Source of the DNA: an uncultured Planctomycetota bacterium
GTDB taxonomy: Bacteria > Planctomycetota > Planctomycetia > Isosphaerales > Isosphaeraceae
Direction: 5' to 3'
DNA length: 64,000 bases
Assembly (NCBI GenBank): GCA_963737655.1
Contig: CAVTTN010000002.1
Location: forward strand, 4,576,001 to 4,640,000
Shown here: one piece after another, positions 50,617 through 61,285 of the stretch
Position numbering within the stretch: position 1 is the stretch's first letter
Layout of the letters: each line of letters begins with the position of its first letter
Made by a program: the position numbers and the translations under genes
The notes under the pieces: generated by a model
What the model saw: only the letters and a program-made list of their open reading frames with translations
What the model was told of the DNA's origin: nothing
Database searches by the model: none

Positions 50617-50954
50617 TCGTTGCTGGCCCCACCAGGAGGCCGCCGACGGGGGGTGAGGAGAACGTCCCTTTCCCCGTCGGTTGACCCCTCGAGGCGTGGA
50701 TCGGAAAACCAGAGCCCTGGCGGATGCGACCGGCCGAGACACCGATCGGCCGAACGATCCTCAAGGTGGCCGCCGGAGGCTCGGAAGCGGCGACGTTCCG
50801 AGCCTCCGGGAAGAATTCCACGCGCGTCTCACCGAAGCCGTTCGAATCTCCCCGGGAAGGGACGGGCGACTTTGGTTGAGAGCGATTCCGGAGGGGAAGT
50901 CCTCCGCGATCGCGGGCTGTGGCCGTCCGGCTCGGACCGGCTTTTGGACGCCCT

Positions 50955-52646
50955 TCAGTTTGAGCGGACTGCCGTCGGCTGCCTCCGGGCCTGCTGGATC
51001 GCCCGGCCGAGGACGGGGTCTCGCGAGGGCTCGCCGAACTCGATGGTCGGCGCCTCGGCCCCGTCGCCCGAGACCTTCGCCGAGAGCCGTCCGGTGGCGG
51101 GCACGTCCGGCTCGACGCCCTGCTCGCTGTAGGGCCGATCCCGGGGCGAGTAGAACTTGGCCGTCGTCAGCTTGAGACCGGCCGGCGCGGTCCTCAAGGG
51201 GTAGATGCTCTGCACCGACCCCTTGCCGTAGCTCCGCTCGCCGACGACCACGGCCCGGCGATTGTCCTTCAGGGCCCCGGCGAGGATCTCGCTGGCGCTG
51301 GCGCTGTCGTGATCGACCATCACGAGCAAGGGCATCCGCCAGGGCGCACCGGGCTGGGCCACGTACGTGGCGCTTTGATTGGCGGCTCGGCCCCGGGTCG
51401 AGACGATCACGCCGGAGTCGAGGAACAGATCGGCGATCTCCACCGCGACGTTCAACAGGCCGCCGGGGTTGCCCCGGAGGTCCAGGACGAGCGTCCGCAT
51501 CCCCTGCCGTTCGAGGCCCGCGATCGCCCGGCGGAGCTCCTCGGTGGAGGTCTTCTGGAAGCCGACGAGCTGGATGTAGCCCACGCCCAACGTGGGCTCG
51601 ACGATCCGGGCCTGGGCCACGCTCTGGACCTCCACCGGACGGCGGATCAGCCGCACCGATCGCGAGCCGCCCTCCTTCGAACGGATGATCAGATCGACGG
51701 CCGAGCCCTCCGCCCCTTGAAGCTTCGCGGCCGACTCGTCGAGGCCGAGGCCTTTGAGGGATTGGCCGCCGATGTGGGTGATCTTGTCGGTGGCCCGGAT
51801 GCCCGCGTCCCACGCCGGCCCGCCCTTGAGCACGTTCACGAGCCGGAGGCCCAGATCGTCCTGCTTCAGCTCCACGCCCAGGCCGACGAAGTTGCCGTCG
51901 ATCAGGCCGAAGAGGTCGTCGAGGCGGTCGGGCGTCAGGTAATTGGTGTAGTCGTCCAGGGCGTCGCAGGCGCCGAAGGCGAACTCCATGACGATCGGCG
52001 AGGGGGCGATCCCGGCCGTGGATCGGGCCTGGTCGCAGGCCCAGGCGACGAACCCCCGGGCCTCGTCGCGCCCTCGGGCCGCGATCGTCGTCCTCCGCGA
52101 GCGGAGGGTCTCGCGGAGATGGCGGATCGCCTCGGGGTCGGCCTTCGGCGCGTTGACCTGGAGGAACGTCGGGTCGCGGAGGGCCACTTCCAGGTTGTCC
52201 AGCCCTCGCCTCAGCAGGGGCTCGACGGCCACCGGATCGACGTAATACCCCTCGATCCGTTCGAGGACCTCGTCATAGACCTCCATCGCCTGGGCCTGGG
52301 ACATCCTCAAGAGCACCGTCCGGAAGCTGCGATCCACGTATCGACGACCGAGCTTATAATGGGATTCGCAGAGCTGAAGCCGTTGGCGGAGCTCGGTGCG
52401 ATCGGGCCATCGGCGGAGTCCGGCCTCGTAGACCTCGATGGCCGCCGCCCAGTTCCGCTGGAGCTCCAGGTGGAGGCCCTTCCTCAGCCAGGAGTCGGCG
52501 TCGTCCTCGGATGAGGTCGAGGCTTCGGGCTTCGGCGCGGAAGGTTGGGCGGAATCCGGCGGGTCGGCCGCGAACGCCCGGGCCGTCGGGGCCAGGGCGA
52601 GGGCGAGGAGGCCGATCTGGAGGAAGGCGACGAGGGGACGGCGCAT
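50955..52646 (-). CDS. ctpA: Carboxyl-terminal processing protease (S41A)
   Basis: PDZ, DLRGNPGG, catalytic SASASE and SYGKG intact. Confidence 0.92.
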   Translation of the reverse strand: MRRPLVAFLQIGLLALALAPTARAFAADPPDSAQPSAPKPEASTSSEDDADSWLRKGLHLELQRNWAAAIEVYEAGLRRWPDRTELRQRLQLCESHYKLGRRYVDRSFRTVLLRMSQAQAMEVYDEVLERIEGYYVDPVAVEPLLRRGLDNLEVALRDPTFLQVNAPKADPEAIRHLRETLRSRRTTIAARGRDEARGFVAWACDQARSTAGIAPSPIVMEFAFGACDALDDYTNYLTPDRLDDLFGLIDGNFVGLGVELKQDDLGLRLVNVLKGGPAWDAGIRATDKITHIGGQSLKGLGLDESAAKLQGAEGSAVDLIIRSKEGGSRSVRLIRRPVEVQSVAQARIVEPTLGVGYIQLVGFQKTSTEELRRAIAGLERQGMRTLVLDLRGNPGGLLNVAVEIADLFLDSGVIVSTRGRAANQSATYVAQPGAPWRMPLLVMVDHDSASASEILAGALKDNRRAVVVGERSYGKGSVQSIYPLRTAPAGLKLTTAKFYSPRDRPYSEQGVEPDVPATGRLSAKVSGDGAEAPTIEFGEPSRDPVLGRAIQQARRQPTAVRSN

Positions 52647-53034
52647 CGCGGACGATCCTCCCACTGCCGGAGAGGCCGCGGCGGGTCACCGGGCCGGCAA
52701 AGCGGGGGATTCGGAGAGCGAACGCCATGCCGGGCCAGGGCGCGCCGTGGTCCCGAGGGGACCGGGGCTCTGGCCCGGAGGGGATTCGGAGACCGAGAGG
52801 CCCCGACACGCCGGGTGATCCATCCGCACGCCGCTCCCTGGGTGCTGTTCTCAAAAGTCGCTCAATCATCGGCGGAGGCGACGACGGAGAGGCGGGACCA
52901 TGAGGCCTCCACCCCTCGCCGGGTCGGTCCGTGACGGCCGCCGCGAATCCTCGCGACGACCGCCATCAGGAGTATAACACACCCACGACCGGTTCCATCG
53001 GAGAGGCCGACCCGACAACCGAGTTGTCATTTTT

Positions 53035-53808
53035 TCAAGGAGAACGCCGGCGACGTTCCAGGGCCCCCTTGCAGTGCTCGTGCAGCTCCAGCTCGATCAG
53101 TTCTTCCTCGACGTTGTCCAGGCTGGGGTTTTCCAGGGTCTGGGCCACCTCGTCCAGCAGGAACGACGTGAACTTCTCCCGGGCGAGATGCAGCCTCTTG
53201 CGGACCCACTCGACCGTCAGCGTCTTGCCCAGGATCGGGCCGAAGTGGTCGGCCATGTCGCTGGATCGGGCCTCGGTGTGCTCGGTCCGGTAGCGGAGGA
53301 GCGCGTGGTAGTTCTGGCCGGCCTGGCGATCGAACCGCGCCAGGGCGTCCCAGGCTCGGGCGAGCAGCTCGGACCTCCAGATCGTGATGAAGTCGCGGTC
53401 GGCCGCGTCGTGAGACGACTCCTCGACCATCGGCACGAAGTTGTCTTCTTCCAGAGGCAGGGGCGTCCTCTTCTTCTTCCTCTGGAGATCGACGACCAGG
53501 TGATACAGCGAGGTCTTCAGGAGGTGGCGGAACCGGCCCTTGTCCGGGTCGGCCCGGCGGAAGTCGCCCCGGACGAGCCTCAGGGCGAATTCCTGATAGA
53601 GCTCGCCGGCGGCGTCCTGATCGCGGACGGCGGCGAGCAAATAGCGATGGATCGCCGGGCTGTACCGCTCCAGTAACTTTCGGCGCGCTTCCTCGGCGGC
53701 GTCGGGCGTGCCCTGATGGGCCTGGAGCATCAGGGTCCAGGCCGTCGAGATCTGGCTGAGCCGCGAGCCCGGCTCCTCCGGCGATTCCGCCCCCGTCGTG
53801 ATTTTCAT
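53035..53808 (-). CDS. ECF RNA polymerase sigma factor (planctomycete type)
   Basis: ISTAWTL, LLERYS, D.AGELYQEF, ADPDKGRFRHLLK, RLHLAREKF, C-terminal extension. Confidence 0.88.
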   Translation of the reverse strand: MKITTGAESPEEPGSRLSQISTAWTLMLQAHQGTPDAAEEARRKLLERYSPAIHRYLLAAVRDQDAAGELYQEFALRLVRGDFRRADPDKGRFRHLLKTSLYHLVVDLQRKKKRTPLPLEEDNFVPMVEESSHDAADRDFITIWRSELLARAWDALARFDRQAGQNYHALLRYRTEHTEARSSDMADHFGPILGKTLTVEWVRKRLHLAREKFTSFLLDEVAQTLENPSLDNVEEELIELELHEHCKGALERRRRSP

Positions 53809-54008
53809 CGACGGATGCCCCTCTAAGAATGCTGTTCGCACGTCGGGGTCCTGGCCCCTCTCCTGGCCATGGTAATCCGACGGCCCCCGAAAATCCGCTG
53901 AAATCCCGGCCGATCCGGAATGAGGGGCCCCGTACTCGTAACAGAAGAGGACGTGACGCAGACCGACACAGCTCGATGACGAGCGGCCCCAACTCCTTGG
54001 AGAGCACC

Positions 54009-55406
54009 ATGATCCGCCGCGATCGCCGCGCAACCCGTCCGTCCGTCGAATGCCTCGACGGACGAATCCTCCTCTCGGGCGTGACCCCGTTCCAGCTCGA
54101 GCATGCCTACGGCTTCGACTCGTTCAACTTCGTCGCCAACGGCAAGACGGTCAAGCCCGACGGCACGGGCCAGACCATCGCGATCGTGGACGCCTACCAC
54201 GACCCGTACCTCTCCAGCGACCTCCACAACTTCGATCGCTCGTATGGCCTGCCCGACCCGTCGCTGACGGTCTACGGCTTCTCCGGGACCCCGTCCAACG
54301 ACGGCTGGGCCGAGGAGGAAGTGCTGGACGTCGAGTACGCCCACGCCATCGCCCCGGGGGCGAAGATCGTGGTGATCGAGGCGAAGAACCCGAGCGACCT
54401 GTTCAACGAGGTCAACTTCGCCAAGAACCTGCCGGGCGTCTCGGTCGTCTCGATGAGCTTCGGCAGCTCCGAATTCTCCGGGCAGAAGGGCCAGGACTCG
54501 CTGTTCACCACGCCCGCCGGCCACACCGGCGTGACGTTCCTCGCCGCCACCGGCGACGCCGGGGCGTATTCCGGCGTGAGCTACCCGTCGAGCTCGCCGA
54601 ACGTGGTGGCCGTGGGCGGGACGACGCTGAACGTGGCCTCCAACGGCACCTACCTCAGTGAGTCGGCCTGGAGCGGCAGCGGCGGCGGTTACAGCCGCTA
54701 TGAAGCCGAGCCGTCGTACCAGAGGAGCGTCCAGAGCAGCGGGCTCCGCACGACGCCCGACGTCTCGCTCGACGCCGACCCGAACACCGGGGCCACCCTC
54801 TATTACACCACGCCCTCGACCGGCCGAGGGGGCTTCACGATCGTCGGCGGCACCAGCGCCTCGACGCCCGAATTCGCCGGCCTCGTCGCCATCGCCGACC
54901 AGGGCCGGGCCCTGATCGGCAAGAATCCCCTGGACGGGGCCACTCAGACGTTGCCCCAGCTTTATGCCTCGCCGTCGAGCGACTTCCACGACATCACCAC
55001 CGGCTCCAACGGCTACCGGGCGACCGTCGGCTACGACCTGGCGACCGGCCGGGGGACGCCCAACGCCCTGCCCTTGATCGTCGATTTGACGAGGCCGGCG
55101 AGCCGCCCGGTCCTGTCGTACACCGTCGGGGCGTCGCTGTCCCTGGCCAACGCCTCGCCGTTCACGGCCTCGCTGGTCGGCTCGTTCGACGTCTCGACGG
55201 CCCCGGGCGACTCGACGACCGACACGACCGAGGCCGCGAAGCCGACGACCCCCTCGCCGACCCCGGCCCTCGCGATCGCCCCGCCGACGGACCTCCTCGG
55301 CTCGCCGACGATCGCCACCGGCCATACCTCGCCGAAGGCCGGCACGCCGCACGACCAGGCCCTGGCCAACGTCGCCCAGGACGTCGAGATCGACTGGTTC
55401 GTGTAG
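54009..55406 (+). CDS. S53 (sedolisin/kumamolisin) peptidase with planctomycete LEPR-XLL-type leader
   Basis: RPSVECLDGRILLS; EEVLDVE, ATGDAG, GGTSAS; GYDLATGRGTP. Confidence 0.9.
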   Translation: MIRRDRRATRPSVECLDGRILLSGVTPFQLEHAYGFDSFNFVANGKTVKPDGTGQTIAIVDAYHDPYLSSDLHNFDRSYGLPDPSLTVYGFSGTPSNDGWAEEEVLDVEYAHAIAPGAKIVVIEAKNPSDLFNEVNFAKNLPGVSVVSMSFGSSEFSGQKGQDSLFTTPAGHTGVTFLAATGDAGAYSGVSYPSSSPNVVAVGGTTLNVASNGTYLSESAWSGSGGGYSRYEAEPSYQRSVQSSGLRTTPDVSLDADPNTGATLYYTTPSTGRGGFTIVGGTSASTPEFAGLVAIADQGRALIGKNPLDGATQTLPQLYASPSSDFHDITTGSNGYRATVGYDLATGRGTPNALPLIVDLTRPASRPVLSYTVGASLSLANASPFTASLVGSFDVSTAPGDSTTDTTEAAKPTTPSPTPALAIAPPTDLLGSPTIATGHTSPKAGTPHDQALANVAQDVEIDWFV

Positions 55407-55545
55407 GGTGCATGAAATGCACCAAACACTGCGGCGGCCACCGGCCGCCATCCCTTCCCTCCCCTCTCCTCGAATCGCGAGGAAGAGGAGCGGAAAGAGG
55501 ATGGCGGCCGGTGTCCGCCGCGGGTGTTTGTGCATTTCATGCACC
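55403..55545. repeat. GTAG-type REPIN-like hairpin
   Basis: gtagggtgcatgaaatgcacc...tgcatttcatgcacc with complementary inner arms (caccggccgccatc / gatggcggccggtg). Confidence 0.88.
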
Positions 55546-55550
55546 GGACA

Positions 55551-57307
55551 TTATTCGTCGATCCGCATCATCCCGGCCTTCACCGCCTTGAGCGTCTGGA
55601 CCTTGCCCGACGGCCAGGTGATCTCCACCGAGTCGGCCGCCTCGGCGTCTCCCAGGCCGAACGTCAGGATGCGCTCGACCGACGAGAGATAGCCTTTCGC
55701 CGGGAAGAGCTGGCGGCGTTGCTCGATGCCCCCGCTCTTGACCGTGACCTTCGCACCCAGGGCGTCGCGATTGCTGGCCTTGCCCCGGAGGTCCAGCCTC
55801 AGCGACTTGTGGGCGCTGCCGCCGTCGTTGCGGAACAGGCGGGCGGGCTCTCCGTTGGAGGTGATCACGACGTCGAGGTCGCCGTCGCCGTCGATGTCGG
55901 CATAGGCGCTGCCCCGGCCGACGATGGGGGCGAAGAGGTCCGGGCCGACGGCCTCCGGCGGGACCAGCGCGAACAATTCCCGGCCGGCCCGGCCGGTGTT
56001 CCAGTAGAGCTGGGCCGACTGCCGGTAGCTCTCCGACGCCTGGACCTTCGCCACGTCCGGCTCCAGGTGGCCGTTGGCCGAGAGCAGGTCGAGCCGGCCG
56101 TCGTTGTCGTAATCGAAGAAGAACAGGCCGAATTTCAGGGGCGGTTGCGTCGGGGCGCCGAGGCCGAACAGCGGGGCCATGTCCGAGAACAGGAACCGCC
56201 TGGGCTCGTCGGTCACATACAGGGCGATCATCTCGTTGGCGAAATTGGCGACGGCCAGGCCCATGCTGCCGTCGTTGCGGAAGTCGCCCCAGTCGATGCC
56301 CATCGCCCCCCGGGCGCTGCCGTTCTGGTCGAACGCCACGCCGGAGACCCCGGCGATCTCCTCGAACGAGCCGTCTCCCTTGTTGCGGAACAGGAAGTTC
56401 GGCACGGTGTCGTTCGCCACGGCGATGTCGACGAACCCATCGCCGTCCACGTCCTGAGGGGCCACGCCCAGGGCCTTGGCCAGGGGGTCCTTGAGCTCGG
56501 CCTTGCGGATGCGGATGCCCGCCACCTCGCTGATATCGACGAACTTGCCGCCGTCGTTGCGGAGGAGGACGCAGAACGCCCCCTTGAACGACGACGGCTG
56601 GCCGAACGAGCGGTCCTTGCCCGCGAGGTTGAACCCCTGGGCCTTGTCGAACTCCGGCGTCCAGGTCACGTACTGGGCGAGGAACAGGTCGAGGTCGCCG
56701 TCGTTCTCCAGGTCGAAGAAGGCGGCGCTGGTCTGCCAGCCGTCCGAGCCCCGGCCCCGGCGGATTCGGTCACATCGACGAACTTGCCGCCGTCGTTGCG
56801 GAACAGGTGGCCGCCGCCCACTCCGGTGACGTACAGGTCGGGGTCGCCGTCATTGTCATAGTCGCCGACGGCCGCGCCCTGGCCGAAGAACGACACGTCC
56901 AGCCCGGCGGCCTTCGTCACGTCCTCGAAATGCCCCTTGCCGTCGTTGCGGAAGAGCCGTTGGGTGGGCCTCTCGGTCGATTCCTTGCCCGGCCAGGGGC
57001 AGGAATTGACGAAGAAGAGGTCGGGGTCGCCGTCGTTGTCGAAGTCGAGGAACGCCACGCCCGACCCCATCGTCTCGGGCAGGAGCTTCTCGCCGGTCAT
57101 CCCGTTGGCGTGGACGAAATCGATCCCGGCGTCCTTCGTGATCTCGACGAACTTGACGGCGGGGAACTTCAGGGGCTTGGCGGTGGTCACGGCCCTCGGA
57201 GCCACGGGAGGGGCGACGGTGGCCGTCGGAGCGGGCGGGTTGCACCCGGCCAGGCCGCCCGCGAGGGCGGCGCCGGCCAGGGCCAGACGTGTCGATGTCC
57301 GGTTCAT
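55551..57307 (-). CDS. CRTAC1-family (FG-GAP + ASPIC/UnbV) lipoprotein; 1-nt deletion near 56750
   Basis: Lipobox LAGC, PETMGSG, repeated DxDxDG.DL, C-terminal GYLSS..LTFGLG..WPSG. Confidence 0.9.
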
Positions 57308-60300
57308 TCGGAGGCCTCCCGGCGAGGGGTCTTCGGGGTCGAGCCGACGGACGCCGGGGCATCCGGGCGGTGGAGAGGGTGGATCACGATCGACTGCGCG
57401 TTCTTGTCGGCCGCCGGATTGCCCTGGCGGGCGAGCCTCACGGCGCGGCCCTCGGCCGTCTCGTCCGGCTTGTACATCGAGTGCAGCGCCTTGTGGACGG
57501 TCGCCAGGCACCGGGCCAACTTCACCTTGGAGGCGCCGTCCGTCTCCGCCAGCCACATCGGCCCGAGCCGTTCGAGGACGTCTTGCAGGAGAGACAGCCG
57601 GGAGACGAACTCCGGCCGCTTCTCGTCCATGATCTTCACCGCCGCGACCTCGACCCGAGCCACGGAATCGGCGCGCTCGGCGGGCGTCGCCTTGGGGTCG
57701 GCCAGCGTCCTGGCCGCGGCTTCGAGGACGTCGGCCGCGCTCGCCTTCGCCGGGAGGGCGCCGACGGGCGGGGCGTCGGATCCGAGCTCGGCCAGGGCGA
57801 GGCCGAGGTTGTAGTGGGCCTTCACGTTCTCCGAATCGACGGCCAGGGTCCGGCGGAACGTGGCGACGGTCTCCTCCAGCCCGGCCTTCCTCTCCGCGCT
57901 CCCCCTCGGGAACAGGCGGGCCCGGCCGAGCTGCCGCGCCCATCTCGTTGATGATCTCGTAGTCCTTGCTGAAGTCGAACTTCCTGGCGGGGATCTTGGT
58001 GTCCAGGACCGATCGATACTTGGCGATCGCCTCGTCGAGGTAGCCGTTCTTCTCGTCGATCTGGGCCGAGAGCCACGCGATCACCCACGGGGCGGCCGGC
58101 TCCTTGTGCTTCGACGCCGCCTCCAGGGCCTTCTGGGCGTCGGGGATTCGGCCTTCTCGTTGATAGATCCTCGCCAGGTTCACCCAGCCGTCGGCCCGGC
58201 CGAGCTCGGCGACCTTGCGGAAGACCGGCTCGGCCTGCTTCAGCTCGCCTTTCTGGCCGCCCTTGTCCGAGCCTTCGAGGAACAGGCCGATCCCGTAATC
58301 GTTCCAGCGCTGCCAGACCTCCTTGATCGGCGACGGCGGGTTCTCGACCTTCGGCCCGCCCTCCACGGGCAGCTTCACCGAGTCGGCCGCCATCACGACG
58401 ACCGGCAGCTCCGGCCCCTTGCCGGGCCCGAACACGTAATCGAGGTACTTGCGGTCGAACTTGCGGTAATTGACCTTCGCCTCCAGCTCGATCGGCCCAT
58501 TCATCCCCTCGGGGACGTCCAGGGCGAAGTGGACGACCTGACCGGCCCCCGGCGGGATCTGCTTGTTGTACAGGGGGACGAAAATATCTTGCGGATTGCG
58601 CCGGTCGATCCGTTTGCCGTCGCGGTCGAGCATGTAGACGTTGATGAAATGCGAGTACGGATCGACGGTCCCATCGGGACCGATCCCCCCGGACCGGCCG
58701 ATCACCTTGCCTTCGCCCCTGACGGTCAGCTCGACCCAGATTTCATTCGAATCGACCGTGCCCTGGCTGAACGGGTGGCCGAGGCCGAGCGTCCGCACGA
58801 CCGTCTCCACGAGGTACTTTCCGCCGGGCTTGAGGGTCGGGATTTCCGGCCGGATCGGGCCGAGCAGCGCGCCGTCGATCTCCCCGCCCTCTCGGAGGGC
58901 GAACACGTCGATGCGGACCTTCTTGTCCTTGAGGAAATCGGCCTGCGCCTTCGCAGTCTCCATGTCGCCGTTGACGAACGGCAGGCCGGTGTTCGACCCC
59001 AGGAACAGGTGATTGTGGATTTTCGACTGGCCCGAGCCGTCGAAGTCGCGGCGGGCGCCGAAGTCGTCGGACGCCATCAGGTTCATGTGGCAATCCGTGC
59101 ACTTGTTCTTGGCGGTGGTGTCCGGCGGCGGGTAATAGAAGCTCCGCGCGCCCCCTCCCGAGACGCCCGAGAGCAGGAACGTATCCCAGTGGTTCTGCCC
59201 CCGGGTGAAGTCCTGCCAGTGGTTCAGGGCGTAGGGGATGCCGACCTTGTGGCAGGTCGAGCAGAACGTCGAGTCGCGATGGACCTCGGGCTTGAGGAAC
59301 GTCTTCTTGTGCATCTCGGGCTTCGCCTTCACCAGCGTCCTGTTCACCCACTTGAGGAACTTGTTGTCGCTGGTGGCGAAGGGATAATGCTGGGGCTCCT
59401 CGATCGTGTAATCGGCGTTGCCCCGGGTGCTCTCGACGTGGGTGATCGCGTGGCAGGCGGTGCAGGTGATGCCGGCCTGGCTCGTGGGATTGTTCACGTC
59501 GTCATACTTCGGGTCGTCGAATTCGCCCGAGAAGAACGGCACGGGGTCGTGGCAGCCGGCGCACCACCGGGCGGCCCGGGTGGTGCCGTCCCTCTCGATC
59601 GAGACCTTGCGGGTCTCCCGGACGCTCGCCAGGTAGAACTTGTTGTTGAACGAGCTGAAGTGGTGGGCCGAGTGGAACCAGCCGTCGTAGGCGTCCTTGT
59701 GGCAGTCCAGGCAATACTGGTCCATCATCAGGGTCTTCGCCGAGATCAGCTTGCCCCCGGCCAGCTTCGCCTCGCTCGGGAAGGTGTACTTCGCGTCGCG
59801 GGAGTAGAGGGCCGATCGGGGATCGTGATGGTGGAGGATCGCCATCGCGCCGACGAACACGGCCACGGCCGCGCCCAGACCTTCGCCCACTCCCACCGGA
59901 TCCTCGGCCCCGCCAGCCGGTGCCTCACGTAGAGCGCGATGGCCAGGATCGGCGTGCCGACGTGGAGCCAGTAGCTTACCGAGCGCGCCGAGGGGTCGCG
60001 GACCTCGAAAACCCCGCTGATCCGGACCAGGACCAGGCCCGAGACCAGCAGGACGATGGAGACGATCAGCAAGATCACCCCGTACCGCACGGCCGCCTTG
60101 TTGGGCCGGTTCCACGAGGTCACGAGGTGCCCGAACCCGAAGATCACGAACGGGACGACCAGGGCGAGGCCGAGGACGAGATGGAGGATGAACATCCAGA
60201 AGTAAAAGGGCGTTTGCTGGGTGGAACGCGACCACCAGCTCATCGCGGTGATGGCGGAAAGGTAGACGCCGGTGGCTCCGAGCAGGGCGAAGCCTCCGAG

Positions 60301-60393
60301 CAACGCCCAGAGCAAGGGGCGGAGCCAGGGGCCGACGGCCGGCGTGTAGACCCGGCCGCGACGGTCCTTCAAGGACGGTCGAGCGACGGACAT
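57304..60393 (-). CDS. Membrane-anchored pentaheme c-type cytochrome with TPR C-terminus; indels near 59870 and 57935
   Basis: N-terminal TM helices with His; CLDCH, CAGCH, CTACH, CSTCH and CTDCH; RWNDYGIGL TPR region. Assembled from ORFs 59746-60627, 56666-60235 and 57304-57825. Confidence 0.88.
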
Positions 60394-60538
60394 GGAGACT
60401 CCCTCGCCGAGGTCGGCGGTCGAGACGATGGGACCGGAGTTCGAGACGATCACGGCTCGGCCCCGACCCCCTCCGGGCGATGGCCCGAGGGAGACGGGTT
60501 CGCGATCGGCGCGCGGGGGCGCCGTCGTCCGGGATCGC

Positions 60539-60934
60539 CTATCGAGGCGGCCGGTCGCGGTCGTCGGACGAGAGCCGGGCGAGCAGGAGGCGAGGGGCCT
60601 CGAACTGCGCCTCGGACCCGTCGGCACCGCAATTCCGGATCGAGAGGGCCGCCTCGGCGGGCCCGGGACCGAGCCCTCGGCCCGGGGCGGACGGCACCTC
60701 GTCCGTGCAGGATTTCGGCGTCAGGGCGCCGGGGCGGAAGTCCTCGAAAGCGGCCACGCCGATCGCCGATGGGGCCTTATCGCCCGGGAGCGTCACCCCG
60801 AAGACCGGCTTCTCGTCGACGTGGCACCCCATCCCCAGGGCCGGGCGCGCGGACAGGACCAGCCCGGCCCACCCGAGGAGGAAGACGAGGCGTCGGAACC
60901 GGGCCCGGAGCCGCCCTGTCCGCGGGTGGTCCAC
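60539..60934 (-). CDS. Small signal-peptide protein ending DRPPR (DUF2946-like leader candidate)
   Basis: GTG start, basic/hydrophobic signal ending ARPALG, then MGCHVDE, low-complexity linker with Cys, and C-terminal DRPPR*. Confidence 0.6.
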   Translation of the reverse strand: MDHPRTGRLRARFRRLVFLLGWAGLVLSARPALGMGCHVDEKPVFGVTLPGDKAPSAIGVAAFEDFRPGALTPKSCTDEVPSAPGRGLGPGPAEAALSIRNCGADGSEAQFEAPRLLLARLSSDDRDRPPR

Positions 60935-61063
60935 CGTCGGAATCTCTCGACCGGCAATGGGGAGATGGGGGAAGAGTCTCGTCAGAATATTACACGGCCG
61001 GCGGACCTTGGTTGTCAAGTGCGCCGCGATGGACGGTGCACCTGATCGGTTATTCAGACCAGG

Positions 61064-61206
61064 GACTCGGACCGCCTCTCCCCACTTCGGGAGAGGGCCA
61101 GGAGGGGGACCTCGCCGATCGAAACCGGGGCGCCGCACGACCTTCGGCGTCCTTCGGGTCCCTCCGCCCTGCCCGCTCTCCCGAAGCGGGGAGAGGCGGT
61201 CGAGTC
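61064..61206. repeat. REPIN-like inverted repeat (CCTCTCCC/GGGAGAGG family)
   Basis: accgcctctccccacttcgggagag ... ctctcccgaagcggggagaggcggt. Confidence 0.8.
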
Positions 61207-61285
61207 TCCGCATGCTCAAGGGAGGGGCCCGGCCGGTCGAGGTGGGGGCTGCCCCGCCCCAAGCGGCCGATGCCCGCGCCCGGGA

